A stretch of 64,000 nt of DNA from positions 8,096 to 72,095 of the IMG/VR virus record IMGVR_UViG_3300037467_001267, one strand, 5' to 3'. The notes under the pieces are model-generated. The model was not told the origin of the DNA. It saw nothing but the letters and a program-made list of their open reading frames with translations, and ran no database searches. Numbering within the stretch: position 1 is the stretch's first letter; each line of letters opens with the position of its first letter. Of the stretch, positions 16,677 through 25,683 are shown piece after piece. The stretch is from a virus (Duplodnaviria; Caudoviricetes). Made by a program: the position numbers and the translations under genes.

Positions 16677-17911
16677 AACTGATTGGATCTCCAACCGGCA
16701 CGCTAAAGATCCGCGGCCCTTTGCCGTCGGATCGCGACTTCCAGGCGACGGCGTTGGCCCGGGACACCACCATCTCGTCCGGGGGCACGTCCCTGCGCGT
16801 CAACAAGGACACGTCCTGGACGGACCACACCGCCGCTACGGTGGACAAAGAGTTCGACGTTCAGCTGACGGAGAGTGTCGCCGGCACAATGGACGATATG
16901 GTCGTCCAGAACGTCACCCCGGGCGTCGTGTCGTACGACGCGACCACGAACCGGGCGACGCGGGTGGCGGACGGCACGGCCCAGATCAACTTCCATACGG
17001 CCTGGGTGTCGCGGGGCGTGAAGTTCGCGGTGTCCCGCCAGGGCGGCACGACCAGCTCAGTCTTCAACGGGTTCCAGCCCGGCTCGCTGGCGAAGCACAT
17101 CTGCGACTCCATCGACGCCAAGCTGACGGGCACGCCGTCCGTACGCAAGCCGCAGTACCTGGGGGACCCGGCGGTGTTCGGCCACTTCACCCGCAACCCG
17201 GATCGCTGGACGCTCGGCTGGGATCTGTCGTGCCTGTCCGTCTGGAACAGCTACGCGGACGAGGGCAAGCCCGACGTGGCGACGGGGAACATGATGGGCG
17301 GGACACTCATCTCCCCCAAGCATGTCCTCTTCAACGCCCACTACGTGCCGGTTGTGCCCGGCAACCGCGACCTCTGGTTCGTGGCGGAGGACGGGGAGGT
17401 GATGAAGGCCACAGCCGTCGCGACGGCCCTATGGATCGACCCGACGGTTGCCGACATCGCCGTGCTGACCCTGCAGAATCCCTTGCCGAGCAAGTTCAAG
17501 CCGGCCAAGGTGCTCCCGCTGAACTTCCAGAACTACCTGCCGTTCAGCGTGGCGGATGCGAACGGCACGGACATCACGCCCCGCATCCCCGTCCTGACGG
17601 CCAACCAGGACAAGCAGATCGGCGTGTCCGAACTGTACGCCCATTACCCCGCGCAACGCACCGCCGTCTCCCTGATCGTGCCTGCGGGGACTCCGCGAAG
17701 CTCGTTCGTGACCTACCTCCGCAACCATGACTCCTCCCATCCCGGGTTCACCGTCGTCAACGGTGACGTAGTGGTCCTGGGTGGATGGCAGTACGGCGGG
17801 GCGGGCACGTTCTGTAACCTCAACAACTCGACGAACCGAAGTGCTATCAACACCGCCATTGCGCCGTACTCGCTGACCGAAGTGGATCTGTCCGCATTTC
17901 CGACGTACTAA
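16673..17911 (+). CDS. Protein with C-terminal trypsin-like serine protease domain
   Basis: GGTLISPKHVLFNAHY (His), ADIAVLTL (Asp), RNHDSSHP (Ser). Confidence 0.7.
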   Translation: MKLIGSPTGTLKIRGPLPSDRDFQATALARDTTISSGGTSLRVNKDTSWTDHTAATVDKEFDVQLTESVAGTMDDMVVQNVTPGVVSYDATTNRATRVADGTAQINFHTAWVSRGVKFAVSRQGGTTSSVFNGFQPGSLAKHICDSIDAKLTGTPSVRKPQYLGDPAVFGHFTRNPDRWTLGWDLSCLSVWNSYADEGKPDVATGNMMGGTLISPKHVLFNAHYVPVVPGNRDLWFVAEDGEVMKATAVATALWIDPTVADIAVLTLQNPLPSKFKPAKVLPLNFQNYLPFSVADANGTDITPRIPVLTANQDKQIGVSELYAHYPAQRTAVSLIVPAGTPRSSFVTYLRNHDSSHPGFTVVNGDVVVLGGWQYGGAGTFCNLNNSTNRSAINTAIAPYSLTEVDLSAFPTY

Positions 17912-17912
17912 C

Positions 17913-18377
17913 ATGCCACAGAACATAATCCTAGTATCGGGGGCGGTCGCGGTATCGACGACAATGCCCGTGTTGACCACCCAAACCCCGAACACGGGGC
18001 CGTGGTGGGTGGCACTACTCATCTCGGGCATGGGTGCCGCCGGCACCGCGTTCGGGGCGGTGCTACACTTCCTGTCGACCCGCCGCAAACATAAAATCGA
18101 CGCCCAGACGCAACTCGTACAGGACCACAGGACGCTGGCCGAGCAACTACACCGCGAGATCGGGCGGTTGGACGCGATCTGCGAGAGGCAGCAGAAAGAG
18201 ATCGACGGCAAAGAGGGCCGCATCTCGGTGGAGCGGCAGCTGAAGCACGAGTGCGCCAAGAAGCTTCAGGCCATGCAGCTCCAGAAGGACGAGCTGGAAC
18301 AGAAACTCATCGAGTGCGGAATCTACATCAACCAGCTAGAGTTTAACCTGGCCCAAGAGAGGACCAAGAATGCCTGA
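17913..18377 (+). CDS. Membrane-anchored coiled-coil protein (holin- or i-spanin-like)
   Basis: One TM segment (WWVALLISGMGAAGTAFGAVLHFL) then a long coiled coil. Confidence 0.5.
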   Translation: MPQNIILVSGAVAVSTTMPVLTTQTPNTGPWWVALLISGMGAAGTAFGAVLHFLSTRRKHKIDAQTQLVQDHRTLAEQLHREIGRLDAICERQQKEIDGKEGRISVERQLKHECAKKLQAMQLQKDELEQKLIECGIYINQLEFNLAQERTKNA

Positions 18378-19905
18378 AATGACGACCAGCATCAAGGGAA
18401 CTACGTCCCTGGCCGAGAACCAGGTGGACGTCAAGTCCATCGCGTACAACGAAATGCTCCCTCGCTGGGAGATGGTGGACGACCTGCTCGGCGGCACCCA
18501 GGCCATGCGGATGGCGGGCCAGAAGTGGTTGCCTCAGGAGGAGGACGAGACCGACGCCAAGTACAAGAACCGGCTCGCCCGCAGCTTCCTGTTCGAGGCG
18601 TTCAGCGATACGGTGGACAAACTCTCCGCCAAGCCGTTCGCCAAGCCCGTCGGCGTCAAGCACGAGCCCACCGGGGCCCTGGCGGACTTCCACAAGGACG
18701 TGACGCGGTGCGGGGACGACATCACGCAGTTCGCCAAGGCCGTGTTCGCGGACGGGCTGGCGTATGGGATGGCGGACATTCTCGTGGACTACCCGCAGAT
18801 CGACCCGGGTGCCACCCTGGCCGACGAACGGGCCAAGGGTGCCCGCCCCGTCTTCATCCATCTCCAAAGCAAGAACGTACTGGGCGTCCGCGAAACATAC
18901 CAGGAGAACGGCCAGAAGGTCGTGACGGAAATCCGCATCCGGGAATGCCGCGTCGAGCCCAAGGGCGAGTTCGGCGACCAAGAAGTCCATTACGTGCGGG
19001 TGTACCGCATCGACTCGTGGCAGCTCTGGCGCAAAGACCCCGAGAAGCATGTCTGGGCGGTCGAGGCGGAAGGACAGCATACGTTCGGCGGGGTGCCGCT
19101 CGTCACGTTCAAGCCGGGCAAGTCCACCGGGTTCCGGACGTGTAAGCTCCCGCTGGAAGCCCTGGCCTGGATGAACATCGCCCACTGGCAAAGCAGCTCC
19201 GACCAGCGGAACATCCTGCGGTTCGCCCGCATCGGCATCCTGTTCGGCTCCGGGTTCAGCGACGAGCAGATCGACGCGGGCATCACCGTCGGCCCCAACG
19301 CGTTCGTCGGCACGACCAGCGAGAACGCGGATCTGAAGTACGTGGGCTACCAGGGCACCAGCATCGAGGCGGGGCAGGCCGACCTGGACAAGCTGGAGGC
19401 CCTGATGGAGACACTCGGTGCCCAGCCCATGGTCGAGAAGGGTGGCGACCAGACCGCCACGGGCAAGCTGATCGACGACGCGGGGCGAGTCCAGACCACC
19501 ATCCAGGCATGGGTGCGTATGCTGGAGAACACCCTGACGGAGGCGTACGGGATGGCGGCGAAGTGGGTCGGGCAGGAGCTTCCGAAAGACTTCGCCGTTG
19601 ACGTGTTTAGCGACTTCACCCTGTCGCCCCGGGCGACGGACGACTTGAACTGGATTCTGGAAGCGAGGGCCCAGGGCGATCTCGACCACGAGACCGTCAT
19701 CAACGAGGCGAAGCGTCGCGGTGTGTTGAACGACGATGTGACGGCAGAAGCCGTCCAGGAGAAACTCCAAAATGAGGGCCCAGCCCTCGGAGAAGTGACC
19801 AATGGTATTCGAACGGGCACGAGTCAGCAGGGTGGAGGCGGAGGAGGGAAGCGAACACAAAGCGGGCTGGGTGGTGGAGTGCCCGGCGTGCGGGTTCGGC
19901 CATAA
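18370..19905 (+). CDS. Portal protein (DUF4055-like)
   Basis: GGTQAMRMAGQKWLPQ..ETDAKYKNRL..; PLEALAWMNIAHWQSSSDQ; size and position. Confidence 0.85.
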   Translation: MPEMTTSIKGTTSLAENQVDVKSIAYNEMLPRWEMVDDLLGGTQAMRMAGQKWLPQEEDETDAKYKNRLARSFLFEAFSDTVDKLSAKPFAKPVGVKHEPTGALADFHKDVTRCGDDITQFAKAVFADGLAYGMADILVDYPQIDPGATLADERAKGARPVFIHLQSKNVLGVRETYQENGQKVVTEIRIRECRVEPKGEFGDQEVHYVRVYRIDSWQLWRKDPEKHVWAVEAEGQHTFGGVPLVTFKPGKSTGFRTCKLPLEALAWMNIAHWQSSSDQRNILRFARIGILFGSGFSDEQIDAGITVGPNAFVGTTSENADLKYVGYQGTSIEAGQADLDKLEALMETLGAQPMVEKGGDQTATGKLIDDAGRVQTTIQAWVRMLENTLTEAYGMAAKWVGQELPKDFAVDVFSDFTLSPRATDDLNWILEARAQGDLDHETVINEAKRRGVLNDDVTAEAVQEKLQNEGPALGEVTNGIRTGTSQQGGGGGGKRTQSGLGGGVPGVRVRP

Positions 19906-20140
19906 CTTCCAGGACTCGGGCTGGAAGTTTGACGGCGACCAGGAGTACCCGACCTTCCAGCCCTCAATGAAGGTGGTGATTCGTCTCGACGACAAACCCA
20001 CCTACATCTGTCACTCCTCAGTGAAGAACGGCAAGATCCACTACCATAACGACTCGACCCACGATTACGCGGGCAAAGTCGTCAAACTGGAGATCGTAGA
20101 GTGCCCACGGTCAACCAAACCATCCTTGACAAAATCGTAG
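19802..20140 (+). CDS. DUF6527-like protein
   Basis: ECPACGFGH..WKFDGD..PTFQPS..CHSSVKNGKI..DSTH. Confidence 0.7.
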   Translation: MVFERARVSRVEAEEGSEHKAGWVVECPACGFGHNFQDSGWKFDGDQEYPTFQPSMKVVIRLDDKPTYICHSSVKNGKIHYHNDSTHDYAGKVVKLEIVECPRSTKPSLTKS

Positions 20141-21150
20141 CCCACGCCCATAACATCGAAGAGATGAAGATGGGTGAGGTGCTGCAGTCCGTCAAGGCGT
20201 TCAACGACGTCACGGTGGCCGACCTGATCGGAGACATGGGGCGGAGGTTAGAGAATCTGTCGGGCCCCAGCGGAGCCCGATACATGTACCTCAAGCAAGC
20301 CGTCTCCGACCAGGTCGGCCAGGGCCTGGCAGCAGCGAAGAAAGAACTGCTCGCTGGTGTCCGCGACTCGCTGAAGCAGGAGATCGCGTGGCAGACCAAA
20401 GCCTTCCAGGGCATCGCACCCGACGGCACTAAGATCCGACGGGTGTCGGCGAAGACTCTAAACAAAGTCTTGGACCGGCTCCGCGTCCAGGAGTCCAAGA
20501 TCGACACCCTCTTCCGGAGGATCCAGCGGGACACCACGTCCCGCATCATGAACACGGTTCGCCGGGGCATGTGGGACAAGAACGCGACCAGCGACATCCT
20601 CACCTCCATCAAAGGCACCAGGACCAACCGCTTCGTGGACGGGCTGTTGAATAAGACCCGGGCACAAATCGAGGCGGTGGTCCGGAGTGCCCATGGTGAA
20701 GTCATCGAGTCGGCCAAGGAAGCATTCTTCGCGGAGAACGACCACCTCGTCAAAGCGGTGCAGCTCTGTGCCGTCCTCGACGAGCGCACCACGGCGTACT
20801 GCCGGTCGATCGACGGTGACGTGTACCCGGTGGGCGAGGGGCCGCGACCGCCCTTCCACTACAACTGCCGGACCACGACGACGCCCGTACTCCGCTCGTG
20901 GAAGGAACTGGGCATCGAACCCGACAAGCGATTCACAGGCACCCCCGCCGACAAGGTCACCTACAACGACTGGCTCAAGAGGCAGCGGGCCGACATCCAA
21001 GACCAGGTGCTCGGCAAAACCCGGGCACAGCTGTATCGTGATGGAAAGGTCGCGATCGAAAAGTTCACGAACAACCGGGGCCGATTCCTTTCCATCCCCG
21101 AGCTTATGCGAAGGGAGGGGCTGGCCGAGAAGGACATCCCGAAATTCTAG
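20101..21150 (+). CDS. Minor head protein (Mu gpF / SPP1 gp7 family)
   Basis: AVLDERTTAYCRSIDG..PPFHYNCRTT. Confidence 0.9.
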   Translation: MPTVNQTILDKIVAHAHNIEEMKMGEVLQSVKAFNDVTVADLIGDMGRRLENLSGPSGARYMYLKQAVSDQVGQGLAAAKKELLAGVRDSLKQEIAWQTKAFQGIAPDGTKIRRVSAKTLNKVLDRLRVQESKIDTLFRRIQRDTTSRIMNTVRRGMWDKNATSDILTSIKGTRTNRFVDGLLNKTRAQIEAVVRSAHGEVIESAKEAFFAENDHLVKAVQLCAVLDERTTAYCRSIDGDVYPVGEGPRPPFHYNCRTTTTPVLRSWKELGIEPDKRFTGTPADKVTYNDWLKRQRADIQDQVLGKTRAQLYRDGKVAIEKFTNNRGRFLSIPELMRREGLAEKDIPKF

Positions 21151-21295
21151 TTGACTTCATGGTTTCCACCAGGGATTCTGGTGGAAAGATTTCTGTTGGC
21201 TTAAATCGGACTCGACCGTAGATTCCGGGAGTTCGCTGTCGTCCACGGGCAAAATGGTCGGCGGCGTAGACCCCGGTGAATGGAGCTGGAACGTT

Positions 21296-22093
21296 ATGGC
21301 TTTGAAAGCACTCTTGGAATCCCTTGACGGCCTGCCGGAAGCGGTGGCCGCGGAGTACACGAAGCGGGAGGACGGCAAGTTCGTCCTGAACGTGGAGAAG
21401 GTTGCCGACGGCGACAACGGCGAACTGGAGCTGGCTCCGGTGAGCAAGTTGAAGTCGGCCCTGGAAGCGGAACGCACGAACGTGCGCAACGCGAACGCCA
21501 AGCTGGCCGCGTTCAAGGATCTGGACCCCGTCAAGGCCAAGGAAGCTCTGGGCAAGGTCGCCGAGATGCAGACCTGGAAGCCCGAGACCGAGGTGGAGAA
21601 CCGGATCAAGCTGCTAAAGGAAGAGTTGGCCACGGCCAACAAGACGGAGAAAGAGGCTCTCCAGAAGCGGATCAGCCGTGCCGAGGCGCAGCTCAAGAAG
21701 ACGCTCGTGACGAACGTCGCTGTCGCCGCGATCCAGAAGGCCAAGGGCAGCGTGACGCTGCTTCTGCCCCACGTGGAGCGGTCGATCCGCATGCGCGAGC
21801 AAGACAGCGAGGACCAGCCCTACCTCGTTGAAGTGGTGAATGAGAAGGGTGATGTCGCGGTCGGCGATGGGGCGGGCAACCCCATGACGATCGACCAGCT
21901 GGTCGCGAAGTTCCAGGCCAGCGACGAGTTCGCTCCCGCTTTCGCCCCGTCCGGGGCGTCTGGCTCTGGTGCGTCGAATGGACGCCAGCAGCAAAAGGGT
22001 TCGGTCAACACGACCGTCAAAGTCGGTCGTGTCATCACCGGGGTGGACCCTGCCGACGTGACCTCGGGCAAGGTCACGCTCCAGGGCGAATAG
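21296..22093 (+). CDS. Capsid scaffolding protein
   Basis: MALKALLESLDGLPEAVAAEY..DGKFVL; coiled coil; precedes MCP. Confidence 0.8.
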   Translation: MALKALLESLDGLPEAVAAEYTKREDGKFVLNVEKVADGDNGELELAPVSKLKSALEAERTNVRNANAKLAAFKDLDPVKAKEALGKVAEMQTWKPETEVENRIKLLKEELATANKTEKEALQKRISRAEAQLKKTLVTNVAVAAIQKAKGSVTLLLPHVERSIRMREQDSEDQPYLVEVVNEKGDVAVGDGAGNPMTIDQLVAKFQASDEFAPAFAPSGASGSGASNGRQQQKGSVNTTVKVGRVITGVDPADVTSGKVTLQGE

Positions 22094-22330
22094 ACTCGCT
22101 GGGTGGCTCCGCGAGTTGTGCTAAGTGCCTCGTGTCCGTGGGCTCTCGATCGAGACTCTCCTGAGAGCATCTGGCCCGGCTGCCGTGGAGTCGCCCCTGC
22201 CGGGGAATAACTGGCGACCAGGAGTCTCGGACACGAGGCACTTAGAAATTGGGCGGCGTCCTGAGCACGACGTAAAACTGCTCGACATAGGCGTGAAGCC
22301 GGCAAGTGGCGTGATGCCCTGCTGAAACCG
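22094..22330 (+). ncRNA. Structured intergenic RNA/leader upstream of MCP
   Basis: Perfect 18-bp stem 22121-22138/22228-22245 enclosing nested stems; additional flanking hairpins. Confidence 0.55.
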
Positions 22331-22370
22331 TTTGTAACTCCCCTTGGTTTCTACACAGGACACAGCCACC

Positions 22371-23486
22371 ATGGCTAACACTAACAGCAACATCATGCCG
22401 CGGATCTTGGCCCGCGGCCTTCAGGTGCTTCGCGAGGCGGCGTCTATGCCGCGGCTCGTCAACGGCGATTACTCGGCGGAGGCGGCTCGCAAGGGCACTA
22501 CCATCGACATCCCCGTCCCCACCTCCACCACGACGCAGGACGTCACCCCGTCGAACACGCCGCCCGCCGGCGTGGACAAGAACTACGACCTGGTCCAGAT
22601 CTCCCTGAACCAGTGGAAGAAGAACGCCCCGTTCTACCTGACGGACAAGGAGCTGGCGGAGATCGACGCCAACCAGCACTTCATCCCGATGGCCGTGGAC
22701 GAGTCGATGCGGGCCCTGGCGCAGGTCGTCAACCAGTACATCTTCTCGATGTACAAGGGCGTGTTCGGCTTCTACGGCACTCCGGGCACCACCCCGTTCG
22801 CGACCGACGTCAAGGGTGCCACGCAGACCCGGGCGATCCTCAACACCCAGAAGTGCCCGAAGGCGAACCGCCGCGGCATGCTGGACTACACGGCGGAGGC
22901 GAACTTCCTGGAGCTCGCGCAGTTCGCCAACTTCGAGCAGACCGGCGACCAGGGCGTGAAGATCGAGGGCCAGATGGGCCGGAAGTACGGCAACGACTGG
23001 TACTCGGACGACGACGTGCCGTTCCACACGGCCGGCACCGGGTCGGGCTACCTCGTCAACAACGTCGCCGGGTACGCCGTCGGCACCAAGACGATCGCGG
23101 TGGACACCGGCACCGGCACCATCGTACAGGGCGACATCATCACGTTCGCTGGCTCCACCCAGACGTACGCTGTGACCTCCGCCCTGGCCGGCAACAACAT
23201 CAGTTTCTACCCGGGCCTGGTCGCGACCCTGGCCGACAACACGGCGATCACCCTCAAGGCCAGCCACCGCGTCAACCTGATCTTCCACCGTGACGCGTTC
23301 GCGTTCGCCACCCGTGCCCTCCAGGACGACGGCGACGCCAACACCGTCACGATGCAGGATCCCAAGACCGGCCTGGTGCTGCGGCTCGAAAAGATCCGCG
23401 AGTACAAGCAGACCCTGTACGAGTTCGACATCCTCTACGGTGCGCAGCTCGTGCGCCCCGAGCTGGCCTGCCGCCTGGCCGGCTGA
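22371..23486 (+). CDS. Major capsid protein, P22 coat-like, with inserted beta domain
   Basis: ARGLQVLRE..NGDY..KGTTIDIP; FHRDAFAFATR; FDILYG. Confidence 0.9.
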   Translation: MANTNSNIMPRILARGLQVLREAASMPRLVNGDYSAEAARKGTTIDIPVPTSTTTQDVTPSNTPPAGVDKNYDLVQISLNQWKKNAPFYLTDKELAEIDANQHFIPMAVDESMRALAQVVNQYIFSMYKGVFGFYGTPGTTPFATDVKGATQTRAILNTQKCPKANRRGMLDYTAEANFLELAQFANFEQTGDQGVKIEGQMGRKYGNDWYSDDDVPFHTAGTGSGYLVNNVAGYAVGTKTIAVDTGTGTIVQGDIITFAGSTQTYAVTSALAGNNISFYPGLVATLADNTAITLKASHRVNLIFHRDAFAFATRALQDDGDANTVTMQDPKTGLVLRLEKIREYKQTLYEFDILYGAQLVRPELACRLAG

Positions 23487-23503
23487 TTCGTCCTCCTTCC
23501 CGG

Positions 23504-23538
23504 GTGGCCCCGCGTCCGTGCGAGCGGGGCCGCTTTAT
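23504..23538 (+). terminator. Intrinsic terminator after MCP
   Basis: GTGGCCCCGC/GCGGGGCCGC stem followed by TTTAT. Confidence 0.6.
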
Positions 23539-23591
23539 CCGCCCACTCCGCCGTGGCGTGGTCGGATTAAGTGTCCCATCCGGAGAAAAGC

Positions 23592-23849
23592 ATGGCCGAG
23601 CATATCTTGGACGAGAAGATCCGCGAACGCGACGTGCACAACGTCATCGAGGGCCATCGCCCGCTGGCGACGGTGACGATGAAGGGCCCCATGGGCGATG
23701 TGATCTGCAACGACAACCCGCAAGACATCGCGTTCTGGAAGAACAAGGGGTGCAAGGTCGTCAAGAACAACCCACCCGCGGGCGGCGGCACCGACATCGT
23801 CTCGGGCGACGGGGAGACCGAAGGGGAGGCCGAGGAGGCCGGGGAATAG
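23592..23849 (+). CDS. Hypothetical protein
   Basis: GGAG RBS; acidic tail. Confidence 0.6.
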   Translation: MAEHILDEKIRERDVHNVIEGHRPLATVTMKGPMGDVICNDNPQDIAFWKNKGCKVVKNNPPAGGGTDIVSGDGETEGEAEEAGE

Positions 23850-23970
23850 GCGGGCCTACCCCCGCCCGTCCCGACGCCGTATAACCAGCAGGAGCGGCCC
23901 TAGCAGCGACCCGGCGGGGCGGAGCGGTACCAACCTCCCGCCCGCCCCGCCCTCTTAGGAGCGGACGACG

Positions 23971-24492
23971 ATGTTTGTTGTCGAAGATGGATCTGGGTTG
24001 CCTGACGCCACGTCGTTCTGCGACTTGGCGTTCGCGGACAGCTACATCGCCATGTACGGCAACGACACCGACCGCACCGCCTGGGCGGCTCAGGACGACG
24101 CCACCAAGCAAGGCCGTCTCGTGCGGGCCGCGCAGTACCTGACGGTGAAGTACGAGTCTCGCTGGATCAACTACCGCGTCCACGAGACGCAAGCCCTGCC
24201 CTGGCCCCGGGCCTGGGTCCAGGACTCGGACGGGTTCGCGATCCCCAGCACGGCCGTCCCGTTGCAAGTCAAGCAGGCCCAGTGCGAAGCGGCCCTGCTG
24301 GACATGAACGGCACCGACCTGATCCCGAACAGCGACCCCGCCCAGAACATCAAGGCGGAGTCCGTCACCGTGGGGCCCATCACCGAGTCGATCAGCTACG
24401 CCGGCATTAAGGGCACCCAGCCGACGTTCAAGAAGATCGACCTGCTCCTGCGGATGTACCTGACCGCCCGGGGCGAAGTGAGGCGGGCATGA
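23971..24492 (+). CDS. Head-tail adaptor (DnaT-like domain family)
   Basis: MFVVEDGSGLPDATSF..QALPWPR..VPLQVKQAQCEAA. Confidence 0.8.
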   Translation: MFVVEDGSGLPDATSFCDLAFADSYIAMYGNDTDRTAWAAQDDATKQGRLVRAAQYLTVKYESRWINYRVHETQALPWPRAWVQDSDGFAIPSTAVPLQVKQAQCEAALLDMNGTDLIPNSDPAQNIKAESVTVGPITESISYAGIKGTQPTFKKIDLLLRMYLTARGEVRRA

Positions 24493-24857
24493 CGAGTCTC
24501 GACCGGCGGCTGGTGCCTAAAGTCCAGACCCTCATCGCCAAGTACGGCAAGACCGTCACCGTCACAGTGCCGGGGCTGAGGAGCTATTCGGTCGCTGACG
24601 GAACGGTATGTGCCGCGGGCGACACGGATTACTCCGTCAAGATCACCCCACCCACGCCCTGGACCATGGCCCCACTCCCGGGCTCGTCCGTCCAGTCGGG
24701 CGACATGTCGGCGTACGTGGCCGCGTCCGGGCTGGAGTTCACGCCGGACGCTGGGATGGTGCTGACGGACGGCGGACAGGCCTGGACGGTGATGGCGGTC
24801 GGCAGGATATACACGGGCGACCTGGTGGCGATGTACTTGCTACAACTACGGGCATGA
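24489..24857 (+). CDS. Head-tail joining/closure protein
   Basis: Position; C-terminal YLLQLR pattern. Confidence 0.65.
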   Translation: MTSLDRRLVPKVQTLIAKYGKTVTVTVPGLRSYSVADGTVCAAGDTDYSVKITPPTPWTMAPLPGSSVQSGDMSAYVAASGLEFTPDAGMVLTDGGQAWTVMAVGRIYTGDLVAMYLLQLRA

Positions 24858-25276
24858 GCCAGATCCAAACCAACTTCCTAGAGTTCCAGCGGGCCGTCAA
24901 CGGGTATGTGAACGAGGAAGTGCCTAGGGCTGCCCTGAAGTTCCAGAAGCAAGTCTATTACGAGGCCCTGCAGAAGATCGTGGAGCGGACGCCCGTCAAG
25001 ACCGGCAGGGCGAGGGCGAACTGGGTGGTGACGCGATCGGCGTTCTACGCCGGGCACTGGTTCAAGAAGACAGACCCCGACGGGTCGGACACGATCGCCA
25101 AGGGATGGCGTGTGATCAACCGGATGTCGGCGTACGAGAACTGCTACATCCAGAACAACTTGCCGTACATCGAGAGGCTGGAGAACGGCTGGTCGAAGCA
25201 AGCCCCGCACGGCATGGTCAAGATCACGATCCGTGATTTGGCCGAGAAGTACGGGCTGGAGGTTGATGAGACATGA
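24854..25276 (+). CDS. HK97 gp10-like tail completion protein
   Basis: TPVKTGRARANW..NNLPYIERLENGWSKQAPHGMV. Confidence 0.85.
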   Translation: MSQIQTNFLEFQRAVNGYVNEEVPRAALKFQKQVYYEALQKIVERTPVKTGRARANWVVTRSAFYAGHWFKKTDPDGSDTIAKGWRVINRMSAYENCYIQNNLPYIERLENGWSKQAPHGMVKITIRDLAEKYGLEVDET

Positions 25277-25683
25277 CGTTCGCCGACGCCGCAAAAGAAA
25301 TCCGCGAACGTTTCGACATCAACTTCGCCCAGGCGAAGGAAGTGCCGGTCGAGTACCCGAACGTGCCGTTCACCCCGCCGCCCAGCGGAGTATGGGCCCG
25401 CTTCCGAATTCTGTGGGGTGATTCGTTCCAGGCCACGCTGGGCTCCGCCAAACGGTTCCGCACGCCGGGGATCTTAGAGGTGCAGATTTTCGAGTCCGTC
25501 CAAAAGGGCGACGGATGCTCGCTGGAGTTGGGCGACGTAATCAAAACGCTGTTCCGAAGCACCACGGTCAACGGCATCACTTGGAGAACACCATCGCTCG
25601 CAACAGTCGGACGCGACGAGCAATGGTGGCAGACCAACGTCTCGTGTCCGTTCTATTTCGACGAGGTAGCCAATGCCGAGTGA
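25273..25683 (+). CDS. Tail terminator protein
   Basis: VEYPNVPF..WARF..GILEVQIF; position before tube. Confidence 0.75.
   Translation: MTFADAAKEIRERFDINFAQAKEVPVEYPNVPFTPPPSGVWARFRILWGDSFQATLGSAKRFRTPGILEVQIFESVQKGDGCSLELGDVIKTLFRSTTVNGITWRTPSLATVGRDEQWWQTNVSCPFYFDEVANAE

Noticed and set aside
21151-21190. Early-type promoter at TTGACT before the scaffold gene
   Set aside because: No matching -10 hexamer at 16-18 bp; the segment instead forms a TTTCCACCAG/CTGGTGGAAA hairpin.
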